Under the pieces are notes generated by a model. It had not been told where the DNA came from and did no database searches. It was given only the letters and a program-made list of their open reading frames with translations. Of a DNA stretch of 64,000 nt, positions 28,919 to 40,900 are shown piece after piece. Every line of letters begins with the position of its first letter. The first letter of the stretch is position 1. The DNA is taken from positions 21,919,319 to 21,983,318 of the forward strand of contig OZ037768.1 of assembly GCA_964035545.1 (NCBI GenBank), written 5' to 3'. The stretch is from Bugula neritina (Eukaryota; Animalia; Bryozoa). A program made the translations under genes and the position numbers.

Positions 28919-29223
28919 TGTGGTGGCTCGTGGAGCTACCAGCAACACAATACGCAAGGTTGCGTATTGACCCGGAACAATGTATTAGCCAATTAGCCAG
29001 ACTGTTTGATAAGTAATAGTAGCCGCTTCGCGCTACTAGCTCAGTTGAGGATAGTGCTGTAAACTAAATAGACGTGCGTATCATTACTGTTGTATATTGG
29101 ATTTTTATTATGTATTCTGGTATTAAATATAACTATATCTACTCGACTTAAACGGTGAAGTTTCTCTAGTGTTAAATAGACTCTCTTGGTGACACATCAA
29201 CCCTAAATCTGAAAACTATAACA
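28919..29223 (+). repeat. Gypsy 5' LTR
   Basis: Direct repeat of 36057-36361. Confidence 0.98.
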
Positions 29224-29224
29224 G

Positions 29225-29242
29225 TGGTGGCAGCGGTGGGAT
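29225..29242 (+). promoter_or_regulatory. Primer binding site complementary to the tRNA-Leu 3' end
   Basis: TGGTGGCAGCGGTGGGAT is the reverse complement of ...ATCCCACCGCTGCCA-CCA of metazoan tRNA-Leu(AAG/TAG type). Confidence 0.9.
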
Positions 29243-29256
29243 AGTGTATATCAAAG

Positions 29257-30123
29257 ATGGAGACTGAAAACGCTAGAATGCAACCACCCCCAGTAGAAGG
29301 TGAGCGTAGAAATGCTGTTAATCTTGTGAATCGTGAAGGAGAAGAAGCTTATAGACATTGCTTGAAAGCTCCCACCTTTACTGGGTCGGAAGATGTCGAA
29401 CAATTTATACAAGAATTTAGAGAGGTAATGGAAGTTGCTCAATGGCCGCATAGAGTGGCCCTTATCAAATTGCGGAGGGCGGTGACGGAGCAAGCCAAGC
29501 CGTACGGAGTGGGAACGGACGTAGACGGCATACTGGCTGCGCTGCGGGCCCGTTTTGGCACCTCCGTCATAGACGCTAGGACCAAGCTGGAGAGATTGTG
29601 CCGCACCCCGCGGACCTCGCTGCAAGAACATGCCGCGACGGTGAAGAAGCTGGCGCAGATTGCATATAGCGATCTGCCAGCACAACACCAAGAGCGTTAC
29701 ACCTATGACGCCTTTGTCCAGTCCCTAAACGACCTGGGCCTAGACCATCACCTACGAGCTAAAGGGATAACCAGAATAGAGGATGCCCTGAAGGCTGGAG
29801 AAGCTTACCTGTTGGCTACCCAAATGCATCGAGCACAACGGAACCCACCAGTAGTTGGAGTCAGCGCTGCTCGGGCTACGACAGGCTCCGAAGCCCTCCC
29901 GCTGGAAGCCGAAGTGGACCGTATGGTAGAGATGCTGGGACAATTGGTAACCATTCTGGCCGGTGCTGGCCCCGGTCAGGCCTTGCGGATGCCCCCAACA
30001 CCTGTGGGGCAAGGCTGGAGTAGCGCTGATCAGGACCAGGGACAGAAAAGACGACCCCAATACCAGGGGGCGTTAAACTGTCACGGCCCGCGGACACTCT
30101 CCCTCCCCGCGGGCCGCAACTAA
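29257..30123 (+). CDS. gag: Gypsy gag
   Basis: First ORF after the PBS; APTFTGSEDVEQFIQEF capsid-like start; no CCHC knuckle seen. Confidence 0.85.
   Translation: METENARMQPPPVEGERRNAVNLVNREGEEAYRHCLKAPTFTGSEDVEQFIQEFREVMEVAQWPHRVALIKLRRAVTEQAKPYGVGTDVDGILAALRARFGTSVIDARTKLERLCRTPRTSLQEHAATVKKLAQIAYSDLPAQHQERYTYDAFVQSLNDLGLDHHLRAKGITRIEDALKAGEAYLLATQMHRAQRNPPVVGVSAARATTGSEALPLEAEVDRMVEMLGQLVTILAGAGPGQALRMPPTPVGQGWSSADQDQGQKRRPQYQGALNCHGPRTLSLPAGRN
30072..30115 (+). promoter_or_regulatory. Programmed -1 ribosomal frameshift signal (gag to pol)
   Basis: G_TTA_AAC in the gag frame, 6-nt spacer, perfect 9-bp stem GGCCCGCGG/CCGCGGGCC; the -1 frame is open to 30425. Confidence 0.7.
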
Positions 30124-30424
30124 AGGAGCATGGTGGAACACGCCGTCGTCTGTCCGTACGGACACGACGGAACATTCTACCCGAGTGGCAGGTACCACGC
30201 AGGACTAGTAGGCCCGCACAACGGCCCAGTACCTTTTCCCTGCCACTCGCTAACCGGTTTCACCGGTTACCTCGGGAGGAGGAGCCCGCCACTGAAATGG
30301 AGCCAGAAGGCCCAGTGGAGAGGCCCAGACCCCGCCGGCACCAACCTCGCCGCCGGAAGCCCCGTAAACCACGGGTGAAACCCCCGCCGTCCTGTCAAAC
30401 CAGGACAGCACATGCGGGGGGGGG

Positions 30425-33400
30425 GTGAAAGTACAACCACATGGAGAGAGTTATTTCCTACCCGGAAAGGTGGCCGGCAACGCCGTCACTTTCCTGCTCG
30501 ACTCCGGTTGTACTACCAACCTTCTCAGCCGTAGAGTCTTTGAGGCACTGCCCCGCCGGGACAGGGATAGAGTACGACCGTATACTGGAGAACATGGCAC
30601 CCTGGCAGACGGGTCATGTATCCCCTTTTATGGTATTATCGAGCTCCCTGGGCGTGTCCGAGATCAGGCTGTACAGGAGACCTTTGTCATAGGTCAACTG
30701 GAGGAAGATGCTATCCTCGGCATGCCCTTCTTGAAGCAACACCAGTGCCGAATAGATTTTAGTAAGTCGGTGGTGCTGATGGGCGGGCGAGAACTCGCCT
30801 GTGTGGATAAGTTTGGGCGTCCTCTGGTGGGCGGTGTTCAGGTAGTTCGGAACTGCACCGTACCCGGACGCTCCAGAGCTACTATCCACTGCCGAGTGAA
30901 CAGCAACCGGATAGCCAGGCTCGGGGTCGTTGAAAGCGCGCACGAAAAGATCCAACTCGCCAGTAGTTTAAACCGACTAACTGAGCGAGGGGAGGTCTTA
31001 GTGCAGTGCGTCAACCCCTTTACCGAGCCCATTGAGCTCCCAGCTGGGTCAATGCTGGGCCGGTTCCATTCCGTCCAGGAAGAGGACGTGGGCCCGTCGC
31101 TGGGTGACGCGACGGAGGCACCCCCTCGACACCCTATTCAGGGACGAGGGGCAGTCCCGACACATCTCCGGGAGTTATACGAAACAGCCAGTGGCGGCTG
31201 CGCGAGTAACAGAGAACGCCAAGCTATGGCCAAGTTACTACGCGACTACGGTGATGTGTTCAGCAGCGGGGAGAATGACGTGGGACTGACTGGAATTGTC
31301 AGACACGAAATACCGCTGACTGCAGGGACAGTCCCTGTCCGGCAGCCCACGCGCAGGCTGGGGCCGGAGAAAGAGAAGGAGGTTAGCCGACAAGTACGGG
31401 ATCTTCTGGACCGGGGACTGATAGAGCCCGCCCATAGTGCGTGGAGCTCGCCAGTCGTACTGGTCCGGAAGAAAGACGGCAGTTGGCGGTTCTGTGTGGA
31501 CTACCGCAAACTCAATAGCGTAACCATACAGGACGCCTACCCTCTACCTCGTATTGACGAGTCATTGGACGCCCTAGCCGGCAGCAAGTACTTCAGTACG
31601 TTAGACTTGCTAAGCGGCTATTGGCAGGTTCCTCTGAGTCCCGACGCCCAAGAGAAAGCGGCGTTTATTACACGGGACGGTTTGTGGAAGTGGAAGGTGC
31701 TGCCCTTCGGATTAACCTCCGCCCCAGCCACCTTCCAGAGGCTGATGGAACAAGTCCTTAGCGGACTCCATTGGAAGACACTGCTGGTCTACCTCGATGA
31801 TGTCATCGTAATCTCTCCAGACTTCGAGACACATGTCAGTCGTCTGCAGGAGGTTTTCGAGAGACTCCGAGGTGCCGGTCTTAAGCTCAAACCTTCCAAG
31901 TGCGCTCTGTTGCAGCCGGAGGTCAAGTACCTGGGGCACGTTGTCGGTCGAAACGGCGTGGCAACGGATCCCGAAAAGGTACGGGCAGTAGAAGACTGGG
32001 TCACCCCTCAAGACTTGACCGGACTCCGGGCTTTCTTGGGGCTGGTAGGGTATTACAGACAATACATACCAGACTTTGCGGGCATAGCCCAGCCGTTAAA
32101 CCGGCTTACCGCAAAGGGAGTGACGTGGCAGTGGACTCCAGTCGAACAAGAAGCGTTCGACCGCCTCAAGGGCTGCCTCCTAACGGCGCCCATCTTGGCC
32201 TACCCGGACCCCACTCTGGAGTACATCCTAGACACAGACGCCAGTGACCAGAATGTTGGCGCTGTGCTGTCGCAAGTGCAGGAAGGCCGAGAAGTAGTAG
32301 TAGCCTACTACAGCAAGTCTCTCTCTCCCGCTGAACGAAATTACTGCACTACCCGCAAGGAGCTGCTGGCAGTAATCAAGTCAGTGAAGCACTTCAGACC
32401 ATACCTATATGGCAGGAAGTTCCGGCTGCGTACGGATCATGCCTCGCTGATCTGGTTGTGCAGGAGAGCAGAGCCCTCCAGTCAGGTCGCCCGGTGGCTC
32501 GAAATCCTAGCTGAATTCTCGTACCGGATCGAACACCGACCGGGCAAGAGACACAGCAATGCGGATGGGTTGAGTCGCCGACCTGACGGAGGTTGCAAAC
32601 AGTGTCTCAACATCGAGAGGAGGGGTGGAGGTCCCCCACGATGCGAGTTGGAGACGCTGGCTCATCACGAAGCACCGTTTGACTGGGATCAAGGTCAACT
32701 CAGGCAAAGAGTTGATGAGTCCCCGGAGGATGTACAAAACCTCCGCGCCAACCCTGTACTGGCCGGTAATGTTCGAGAGCTGAAGAAGCTCCAAGAAGAG
32801 CTGCCGGGAGTCGTGGCAGACATCTACCGGGCCAAAAGGGAAGGGCGACGACCCAGCGAGGAACGCATACGACAGGGATGCGCCGAGTTCCGGCTATACT
32901 GTCAGCGTTGGGACTCGCTGCGGATCGGGCAGGATGGGTTGCTAACCATCTCTCTAGCTGCCAGCGGCAGACACCCGGAAAGAAAGAGGGTAGTCTGCCC
33001 CACAGCCATCCGCCGTGAGTTGATTTGGGATACTCACAAGCAGGCCCACGCAGGGGTCAAGCGAGTGATATCCAAATTACGACTCCGGTGGTATTGGCCG
33101 CAGATGGAGCGTGACGTCCGGCTCAGAGTCAAACAGTGTGAGATCTGCCAGGCCAGTAAGCATAGCCGCCCCCCTGGTGAAGCAGGACGGCGGAGGCTAT
33201 ATGCTGGTAGGCCCTGGCAAGTAGTCGCTGTAGACCTGGTCGGACCCATGCCCCTGACCCCCAGAGGCAATAATTGGATCCTAGTACTAACCGACCACTT
33301 TACTAGGTGGGCGGATGCTCTGGCTATCCCAGATGCATCAGCCCCAACAGTGGCCAGGGCACTAGACCAACATGTATTCTGTTATTTTGGACTTCCCGAA

Positions 33401-34700
33401 CAGATACACTCTGATCAAGGCGCCCAATTCCAGTCTCAACTGATGAGCGACCTTTGCCACCTCTGGGGAGTAAATCAGAGCAGGACCACCCCCTACCACC
33501 CTCAAGGTAACGGGGTGGTGGAGCGCAACAACCGGATGTTAGGTGATGCGCTCCGGAGTCTCCTCCTTGGACGAGGTCAAGAGGAATGGGATACGGTGTT
33601 GCCGCAAGTCATGCGTGCATACCGTAGCACCCCACACACCAGTACTGGTGAGACCCCAAACCTCTTGATGCTCGGGAGAGAGACTCGTGTCCCTGACCAT
33701 CTCACCTATCACGTTCCAGAGCAGGATAACTCAGTCCACGAGTATGCCAGTGAACTAGTGGAACGGATGAAGGCCGCACACGAGATACTGCGTCAACAGC
33801 AGTGAAAGGTGCGGCACGAAGATTCCGATGAACCACCCCTCTATCAAAGAGGAGATAAGGTGTGGATGGTCAATTACCGTAGGCGCCGCGGACAGGCTGA
33901 TAAGCTGAAGCCTAAGTTCGTAGGCCCCTACGTGGTCGTCGAGGCTATGCCCAATCATACGTACAAGATTGAGCGCTCAGGACAGGTGTCTATCCAGAAT
34001 GAGTCTCGCTTGAAACCGTATTGGGCTAGCCCTGACGGAGTGGGAGAAGCCCCCCCGTTGTTAGAGCCCAGGAGGCAGACAACGACGCGCGGGCGACGGC
34101 GGCATGGACCTGAATACGAAGTGGTCATACCGCGGGAGGAAAACTTGATGAGAGAGGAGCGGCAGCTTTTGTCAACAGAAGCGTGTCCGCCACCGCCAAG
34201 TCTAATTCTATCACTTCCAGAAACCGAGCCGGTTCCGGAAGTGCAAACCCCCACGGAGGGAGGGGCTCCATCCGGAGAACAAGAAGAGGTGACCACTAAC
34301 GGTGGAGTAGAGACGCCATTAGAGGCCCCTACTAACGAACCGGCAAGCGTGTCACCCCCCCCTAGAAAGGGGACAGCGTACGAGGAAACCCCCACCGTAT
34401 TTGAAAGACTTCATATGTGACTGCATTAGAAGCGGCGCACATGAAAGTCTAGGGGAAAACCGTACGATAAGATGTTGGAGTTGTGAACCCCACGCAAATA
34501 TCAACTTTTGCGAGGGCGGAATAGTGGGAGGAATTAATGCGCGTAAAGCAAATAGTTCCGACCTCGTGCCTCAGAAACGATGCTCAACCTTTTCTTATGC
34601 TGACATCGCCAAAGGCAGACGTATCTCACAACCAGCTCCAACCTTACCAAGAACGTTGAGTATGGACATTAATACCGAGTTCCCAGGTAAGCCAGTATAA
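30425..34700 (+). CDS. pol: Gypsy pol (PR-RT-RH-IN), interrupted near the C-terminus by a TGA (33803-33805) and a C8-run frameshift
   Basis: FLLDSGC protease; WRFCVDYRKLN, YLDDV RT; LDTDAS RNase H; H-H-C-C plus VAVDLVGP, HSDQGAQF, GVVERNN integrase; KFVGPY module after the stop; RTRKPPPYLKDF tail in the +1 frame. Confidence 0.92.
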
Positions 34701-34717
34701 GTCTTGTATTCCTATTC

Positions 34718-35791
34718 ATGGAAACGGGCTCGATGCCAGTAAATTCTGAACTAATTCAGCAGATTGAATCAGAATTACTGGGAACCACGTTTCATGTGAA
34801 TGACGATGAAGACACTGTAATGGCCGACGGTCTGTTAGACCTGGAGCTAGACACTGTCCTTGGTCAGTCCACACATGATTCATCAGTTCCTCGAGTGCAT
34901 TCCAAAAGCTGTGACTCTCAGGCTAGCAACGGTCGACAGTCATTAGAATTATGTTGTAAAGATCCACCGCGATCTAACAATAATTCTACTTTTGTAGACA
35001 CACTCGCGCCCGTCTCTACGGGTATGCCTTCTCTAGAGATGGCGTGGGACCCAGAGCCGGCCCCAACAACTCCTACAACCAGGCAACTGCCACCCCAGTT
35101 GGAAGCAACCTCCAACTGGATTACCCCTGCCACAGAGAGAGAAATCAGGACCCATCAAGGAGGTGAGAGTAATCGTGAATGCAACCTCTGCCAGCAGCGA
35201 TTCACAACCCACCGCAGACTAAAAGTACACTTGCCGCAGCACTACATCACCACTTTCTGCCCTTGCGGAGAGTATAGCTACAATCGTGATTACCTACTGC
35301 GGCACCAACGTACTATGCAGTGCTATCAAGGGCATGTCTATGAAGTAGACGAATCATCATATCCTGCCTTTCTCAACGCCATCAAACCACTCATCACTGA
35401 CTCAGCTCGGCTATCTCGCCTGGAGCAAGGCTTCCCTTCCCCGCGACCCATCATCTCTGGAGCCGCAGATAAACCTACACAGTCTACTAACTCTCCACCT
35501 CACAGTCCTATACGCATGCCGCATACCTTTCCTCGTGTCGTACTACAGAGAGTAGACACAAATGCGTATACACTCCCTCCTCCCCTTCCATCCTCAGAGC
35601 GGAAACGACACAGGCAGCCAACTTCCTCTCGCTCGTCTCCCTGGGCCCGTAACCTACGTGAGGTAGAAGCTAGGGCGCATGACTTGGAGCAAGAAGTGTA
35701 CAGGCTGGCCCCACGGGTACAGGCAGCATCCAGTGAACTCAAATATTTACAGGAGTCTATTAAACGCATGAAGCGTGCGGCCCGCAGTTAA
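34718..35791 (+). CDS. Extra Gypsy ORF: zinc-finger plus C-terminal coiled-coil protein (not env)
   Basis: Intact 357-aa ATG ORF between pol and the PPT; CNLCQQRFTTHRRLKVHLPQH (C2H2), CPCGEYSYNRDYLLRHQRTMQC; heptad-like C-terminus; no signal peptide or TM segment. Confidence 0.8.
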   Translation: METGSMPVNSELIQQIESELLGTTFHVNDDEDTVMADGLLDLELDTVLGQSTHDSSVPRVHSKSCDSQASNGRQSLELCCKDPPRSNNNSTFVDTLAPVSTGMPSLEMAWDPEPAPTTPTTRQLPPQLEATSNWITPATEREIRTHQGGESNRECNLCQQRFTTHRRLKVHLPQHYITTFCPCGEYSYNRDYLLRHQRTMQCYQGHVYEVDESSYPAFLNAIKPLITDSARLSRLEQGFPSPRPIISGAADKPTQSTNSPPHSPIRMPHTFPRVVLQRVDTNAYTLPPPLPSSERKRHRQPTSSRSSPWARNLREVEARAHDLEQEVYRLAPRVQAASSELKYLQESIKRMKRAARS

Positions 35792-36056
35792 CTCGAGTCT
35801 ACCTACAACTCCCTACTACTCATTCCCCTACCTCTCTGTGGCATTCCCTACCGTAATGGTGGCACGTACTCTATATGTAGATAGGACCTTCTCTTGCTTA
35901 TTACTTAGTGCACGATATATATACCTGTATATTTTTTACCAGTTGTTGTTTTTTTTATATACTTTTATACTGTTCTCTTACCCCCCCACAACGAAGTATA
36001 CGTTTTTATGTGAATCTTATTTTATCAGAAAGTGGGCTTTCTGCTGGAGGGGGCAG

Positions 36057-36361
36057 TGTGGTGGCTCGTGGAGCTACCAGCAACACAATACGCAAGGTTG
36101 CGTATTGACCCGGAACAATGTATTAGCCAATTAGCTAGACTGTTTGATAAGTAATAGTAGCCGCTTCGCGCTACTAGCTCAGTTGAGGATAGTGCTGTAA
36201 ACTAAATAGACGTGCGTATCATTACTGTTGTATATTGGATTTTTATTATGTATTCTGGTATTAAATATAACTATATCTACTCGACTTAAACGGTGAAGTT
36301 TCTCTAGTGTTAAATAGACTCTCTTGGTGACACATCAACCCTAAATCTGAAAACTATAACA
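36057..36361 (+). repeat. Gypsy 3' LTR
   Basis: Direct repeat of 28919-29223. Confidence 0.98.
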
Positions 36362-37933
36362 ATACTCCATAAGTTCGAAACACGGAAAATTATTTTGGAG
36401 TTACTTTCTCTATTAGGCTGCTGTAATTGTTTTCATATAACTATTATGGTGCCTACTACAGCGGCGCCAAAACTTAAAGCCCTATCGGTGACAGTGACCA
36501 TTGACCTCTGGCTCAAGCCCTAATTGACTTGAGAAAACTTGTAGTGATTTGCCAAAGAGGGTGTGCTCGAGTCTGATGATCAGGAATTGCCTAAACACTG
36601 AAATGATTTTTTTTCCCATTTCAGTGCGCTAAAAGCCCAAATACAACGCTCCATGATTTATTAATAGTTCAGCGTGAGTACAAGTACTATTCCTAAATCA
36701 ATTATATTTATTATTAGTATTAAAACTCATTATTGATTATTGAATAATTGATACTCATACTCACACTGATAAGTGATAAGTGATAGTGATATTCATACTG
36801 ATACTCATACTCATAGTGATAGTGATTAGATTTAGTCATTATGATTATTACTTACTTTTATACTCAACTTATAGTATAAGTTTTAGTTATTGGCCTAATC
36901 TTTATGATTGTCATTGTGATCCTGGTGTGATTATCATTATGATACTGATAGTAATGCTTCTAGTTCTACTTCTACTTCTAGTACTATTCTAGTTTTACTC
37001 GCATCGGCACTATAAGTGTCACTATGTAGGTTTTAATAGTAATACGGTTTTAATAGTGATAACTGATAACTCAAACTGATATCATTATTAATTAATTTAC
37101 TCAAATTTTATTAGTATTAGTATTACAACATCAATTTGATCAACATAAACATCAAATTCGACTGTTAGACTAGTTAGTAAGTAGCCTTACCTTAACAGTA
37201 AGACTAAGAGTAAGTGTAACGCTAACAGCAACTTGCTCTTAGAGTGACTTTTAGTTGCCTTAGACTTGGTTATTGCTATTGCTTTAATAAATCAGTATAT
37301 AAAGTAAATCTGAAACTAACAGTTTTAAGTCTGCTTATGATTATAGAGATAGCCAATACTTATATTGATATTTGTATTACTTATAGTTATTACTTATACT
37401 ACGTGTCGTTCAATTTCAGGTTAGCTCACTTACTCTCAAAAAAGTCAGTGTGATACTCAGTTTCACTTCTATTTGATTCTGAGATTTGCCTTCAGTTTTA
37501 CTTGTAATATTAATTATATTTATACTATTATTATTTCATATTACAGTAGTGATGTTAGACAGTTGCTAGACCTAACTATTATCATCATGATGCATGTAAA
37601 TTAACATGCAGCTGACTACATTAAATATATATAGCATCTCTTTTAGTCTTAGTTTACATTACAGTTTCTATTCGCCTGATTGTTGATAATATTTGACCTT
37701 GCAGCTAGCAAGTCTATAAAATTTGTAAAATGTAAACTAGTAGTAGTAGTAGTAGGTAGAAAGTTGAATATTTTTGGGTGATGGTGTTGCATTTTAAGTG
37801 ACGACTCCTTACATTGAGAGGATTATTATAATGACACAAATGTCTCTATTATTTATTTTTATTAATTAATAATGATTACTCTACTTAGAATTTCAAGAAA
37901 TTCCAACTTATTTCTACTAATAAAAAGATCGGC

Positions 37934-40900
37934 ATGGATAGTCTAAGAAGAAAGCTCAATCGAACATTTTCTACTGCTACAAATGTAAGAGCATCTAATG
38001 CTTGCTACCCTTACTTAATGCAACAGTCTTAACTGCTAATGCCAGAAATCCACGGCTGAGTTTTTGGGTCGTTCAACTTTGATGACTACTGCACTTTAAC
38101 AAAATTTTCTAGCTATTTCACCACCACTACTGCAGTAACACATTGTCATACAATCTCCCACTGAGATTGAGACTTGAAATTATGCAGTTTTTATAATATT
38201 TAGTTACAGTAGTCTGCTACACAATTACTTGCTAATCTATAATTAATCTCAACACAATTGATTGATCGTAATGATTTACTTATTAAAAACATATTTTAAT
38301 ACTTGTATGCAGTTGTAATAGTATGTGGTAAGCACACAAAGCAAGCTCTTATGGTAATTAAGCTGGGGCCTCATGGATCGGATTTCCGAATTGCTATCGG
38401 AAACTTTGCACAGGCGAAAAAGGGGCTGTTTTGTGCGGGTTTCATGCAATCAAAGTTCTGAACGAATACTTTAAATTATCCTTGGGTAGTTTTCTACTTG
38501 GCTGATTGCTATTTAGTTAACCCTCCTTTTTTCATTTCAATTTTAAGTTTTTATTCCAATCATTCGCACATTATTTAGCATAACTGAGATATCAAATAAA
38601 ATAGCGGTAAAATCAATGCCAAATACTATTACCCACTGGAGGTTTGCTCCCTCTGACAATGCATTGTGGGTGGCGGGTAACTCTGGCAGCCTATATTTAC
38701 CTCATAAAGTTTTGCATGCGTGAAATTCTGCTCCATGTGGCCCAACCTTTATGCTACTTACAAGCCTTTTTGTTGAGTTGATTTTGAAAGAAATTCAAGC
38801 ATTTGTCCCACTTATTTTTACTTGGATCAGATTACCATTGTTATAGAAACTGCACCTAAATTGTTACTGTTTAGTAAATTGGTAATCATTGTCTAAGGTT
38901 GTTGATGATGAAACAGATTTAAGAAGGGTGAGAAGTAAAAGCTTCAGCCAAGATTCTTCTGTTTCTAAAGCCAAACACTGTCTTCCTCATATGCAGGTAT
39001 TCTGTTGGAACTTTATTATGTAGACATCTTTATACGCAGCTAGTATATATCTAATGTATCCACAGCTAGTATATATCTACTGTATACGCAGCTAGTATAT
39101 ATCTACTGTATACGCAGCTAGTATATATCTACTGTATACGCAGCTAGTATATATCTACTGTATACGCAGCTAGTATATATCTACTGTATACGCAGCTAGT
39201 ATATATCTACTGTATACGCAGCTAGTATATATCTACTGTATACGCAGCTAGTATATATCTACTGTATACGCAGCTAGTATATATCTACTGTATACGCAGC
39301 TAGTATATATCTACTGTATACGCAGCTAGTATATATCTACTGTATACGCAGCTAGTATATATCTACTGTATACGCAGCTAGTATATATCTACTGTATACG
39401 CAGCTAGTATATATCTACTGTATACGCAGCTAGTATATATCTACTGTATACGCAGCTAGTATATATCTACTGTATACGCAGCTAGTATATATCTACTGTA
39501 TACGCAGCTAGTATATATCTACTGTATACGCAGCTAGTGTATATCTACTGTATACGCAGCTAGTATATATCTACTGTATACGCAGCTAGTATATATCTAC
39601 TGTATACGCAGCTAGTATATATCTACTGTATACGCAGCTAGTATATATCTACTGTATACGCAGCTAGTATATATCTACTGTATACGCAGCTAGTATATAT
39701 CTACTGTATACGCAGCTAGTATATATCTACTGTATACGCAGCTAGTATATATCTACTGTATACGCAGCTAGTATATATCTACTGTATACGCAGCTAGTAT
39801 ATATCTACTGTATACGCAGCTAGTGTATATCTACTGTATACGCACGCAGCTAGTGTATATCTACTGTATACGCAGCTAGTGTATATCTACTGTATACGCA
39901 GCTAGTATATATCTACTGTATACGCAGCTAGTATATATCTACTGTATACGCAGCTAGTATATATCTACTGTATACGCAGCTAGTATATATCTACTGTATA
40001 CGCAGCTAGTATATATCTACTGTATACGCAGCTAGTATATATCTACTGTATACGCAGCTAGTATATATCTACTGTATACGCAGCTAGTGTATATCTACTG
40101 TATACGCAGCTAGTGTATATCTACTGTATACGCAGCTAGTGTATATCTACTGTATACGCAGCTAGTGTATATCTACTGTATACGCAGCTAGTGTATATCT
40201 ACTGTATACGCAGCTAGTATATATCTACTGTATACGCAGCTAGTATATATCTACTGTATACGCAGCTAGTATATATCTACTGTATACGCAGCTAGTATAT
40301 ATCTACTGTATACGCAGCTAGTATATATCTACTGTATACGCAGCTAGTATATATCTACTGTATACGCAGCTAGTATATATCTACTGTATACGCAGCTAGT
40401 ATATATCTACTGTATACGCAGCTAGTATATATCTACTGTATACGCAGCTAGTATATATCTACTGTATACGCAGCTAGTATATATCTACTGTATACGCAGC
40501 TAGTATATATCTACTGTATACGCAGCTAGTATATATCTACTGTATACGCAGCTAGTATATATCTACTGTATACGCAGCTAGTATATATCTACTGTATACG
40601 CAGCTAGTATATATCTACTGTATACGCAGCTGGTATATATCTACTGTATACGCAGCTGGTATATATCTACTGTATACGCAGCTGGTATATATCTACTGTA
40701 TACGCAGCTGGTATATATCTACTGTATACGCAGCTGGTATATATCTACTGTATACGCAGCTAGTATATATCTACTGTATACGCAGCTAGTATATATCTAC
40801 TGTATACGCAGCTAGTATATATCTACTGTATCCGGCTGTTTTAATGCTCATATGTATGTACATACGTGAAAAATATATCAATTTTGTAATAAAAAGTCAT

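Larger units (their letters stand above)
28919..36361 (+). mobile_element. Full-length Ty3/Gypsy LTR retrotransposon
   Basis: 305-bp TG...CA LTRs 28919-29223 and 36057-36361 (one C/T difference seen); 4-bp TSD ATAC; PBS; PPT GGAGGGGGCAG 36046-36056; PR-RT-RH-IN order. Confidence 0.98.

Noticed and set aside
15227-33805. APOBEC-like G>A editing as the cause of both retroelement stop codons (putative TGG>TAG and TGG>TGA)
   Set aside because: Only two sites with unknown ancestral codons; the many other Trp codons are intact.
34687-34762. Possible intron fusing the pol tail to the zinc-finger ORF (CAG|GTAAGC...CTAATTCAG)
   Set aside because: The donor is phase 1 and the acceptors are phase 0 relative to the ORFs, so the join would be out of frame.
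24880-37130. Hydrophobic ILIVIV-type ORFs at 24972 and 36780, and a similar tract near 28110-28490
   Set aside because: Degenerate AT-rich hexamer repeats (atactc/atagtt), not coding.
39031-40831. CRISPR-like array (also the other 25-35-bp arrays)
   Set aside because: Head-to-tail repeats with no unique spacers, no cas genes, eukaryotic intron context.
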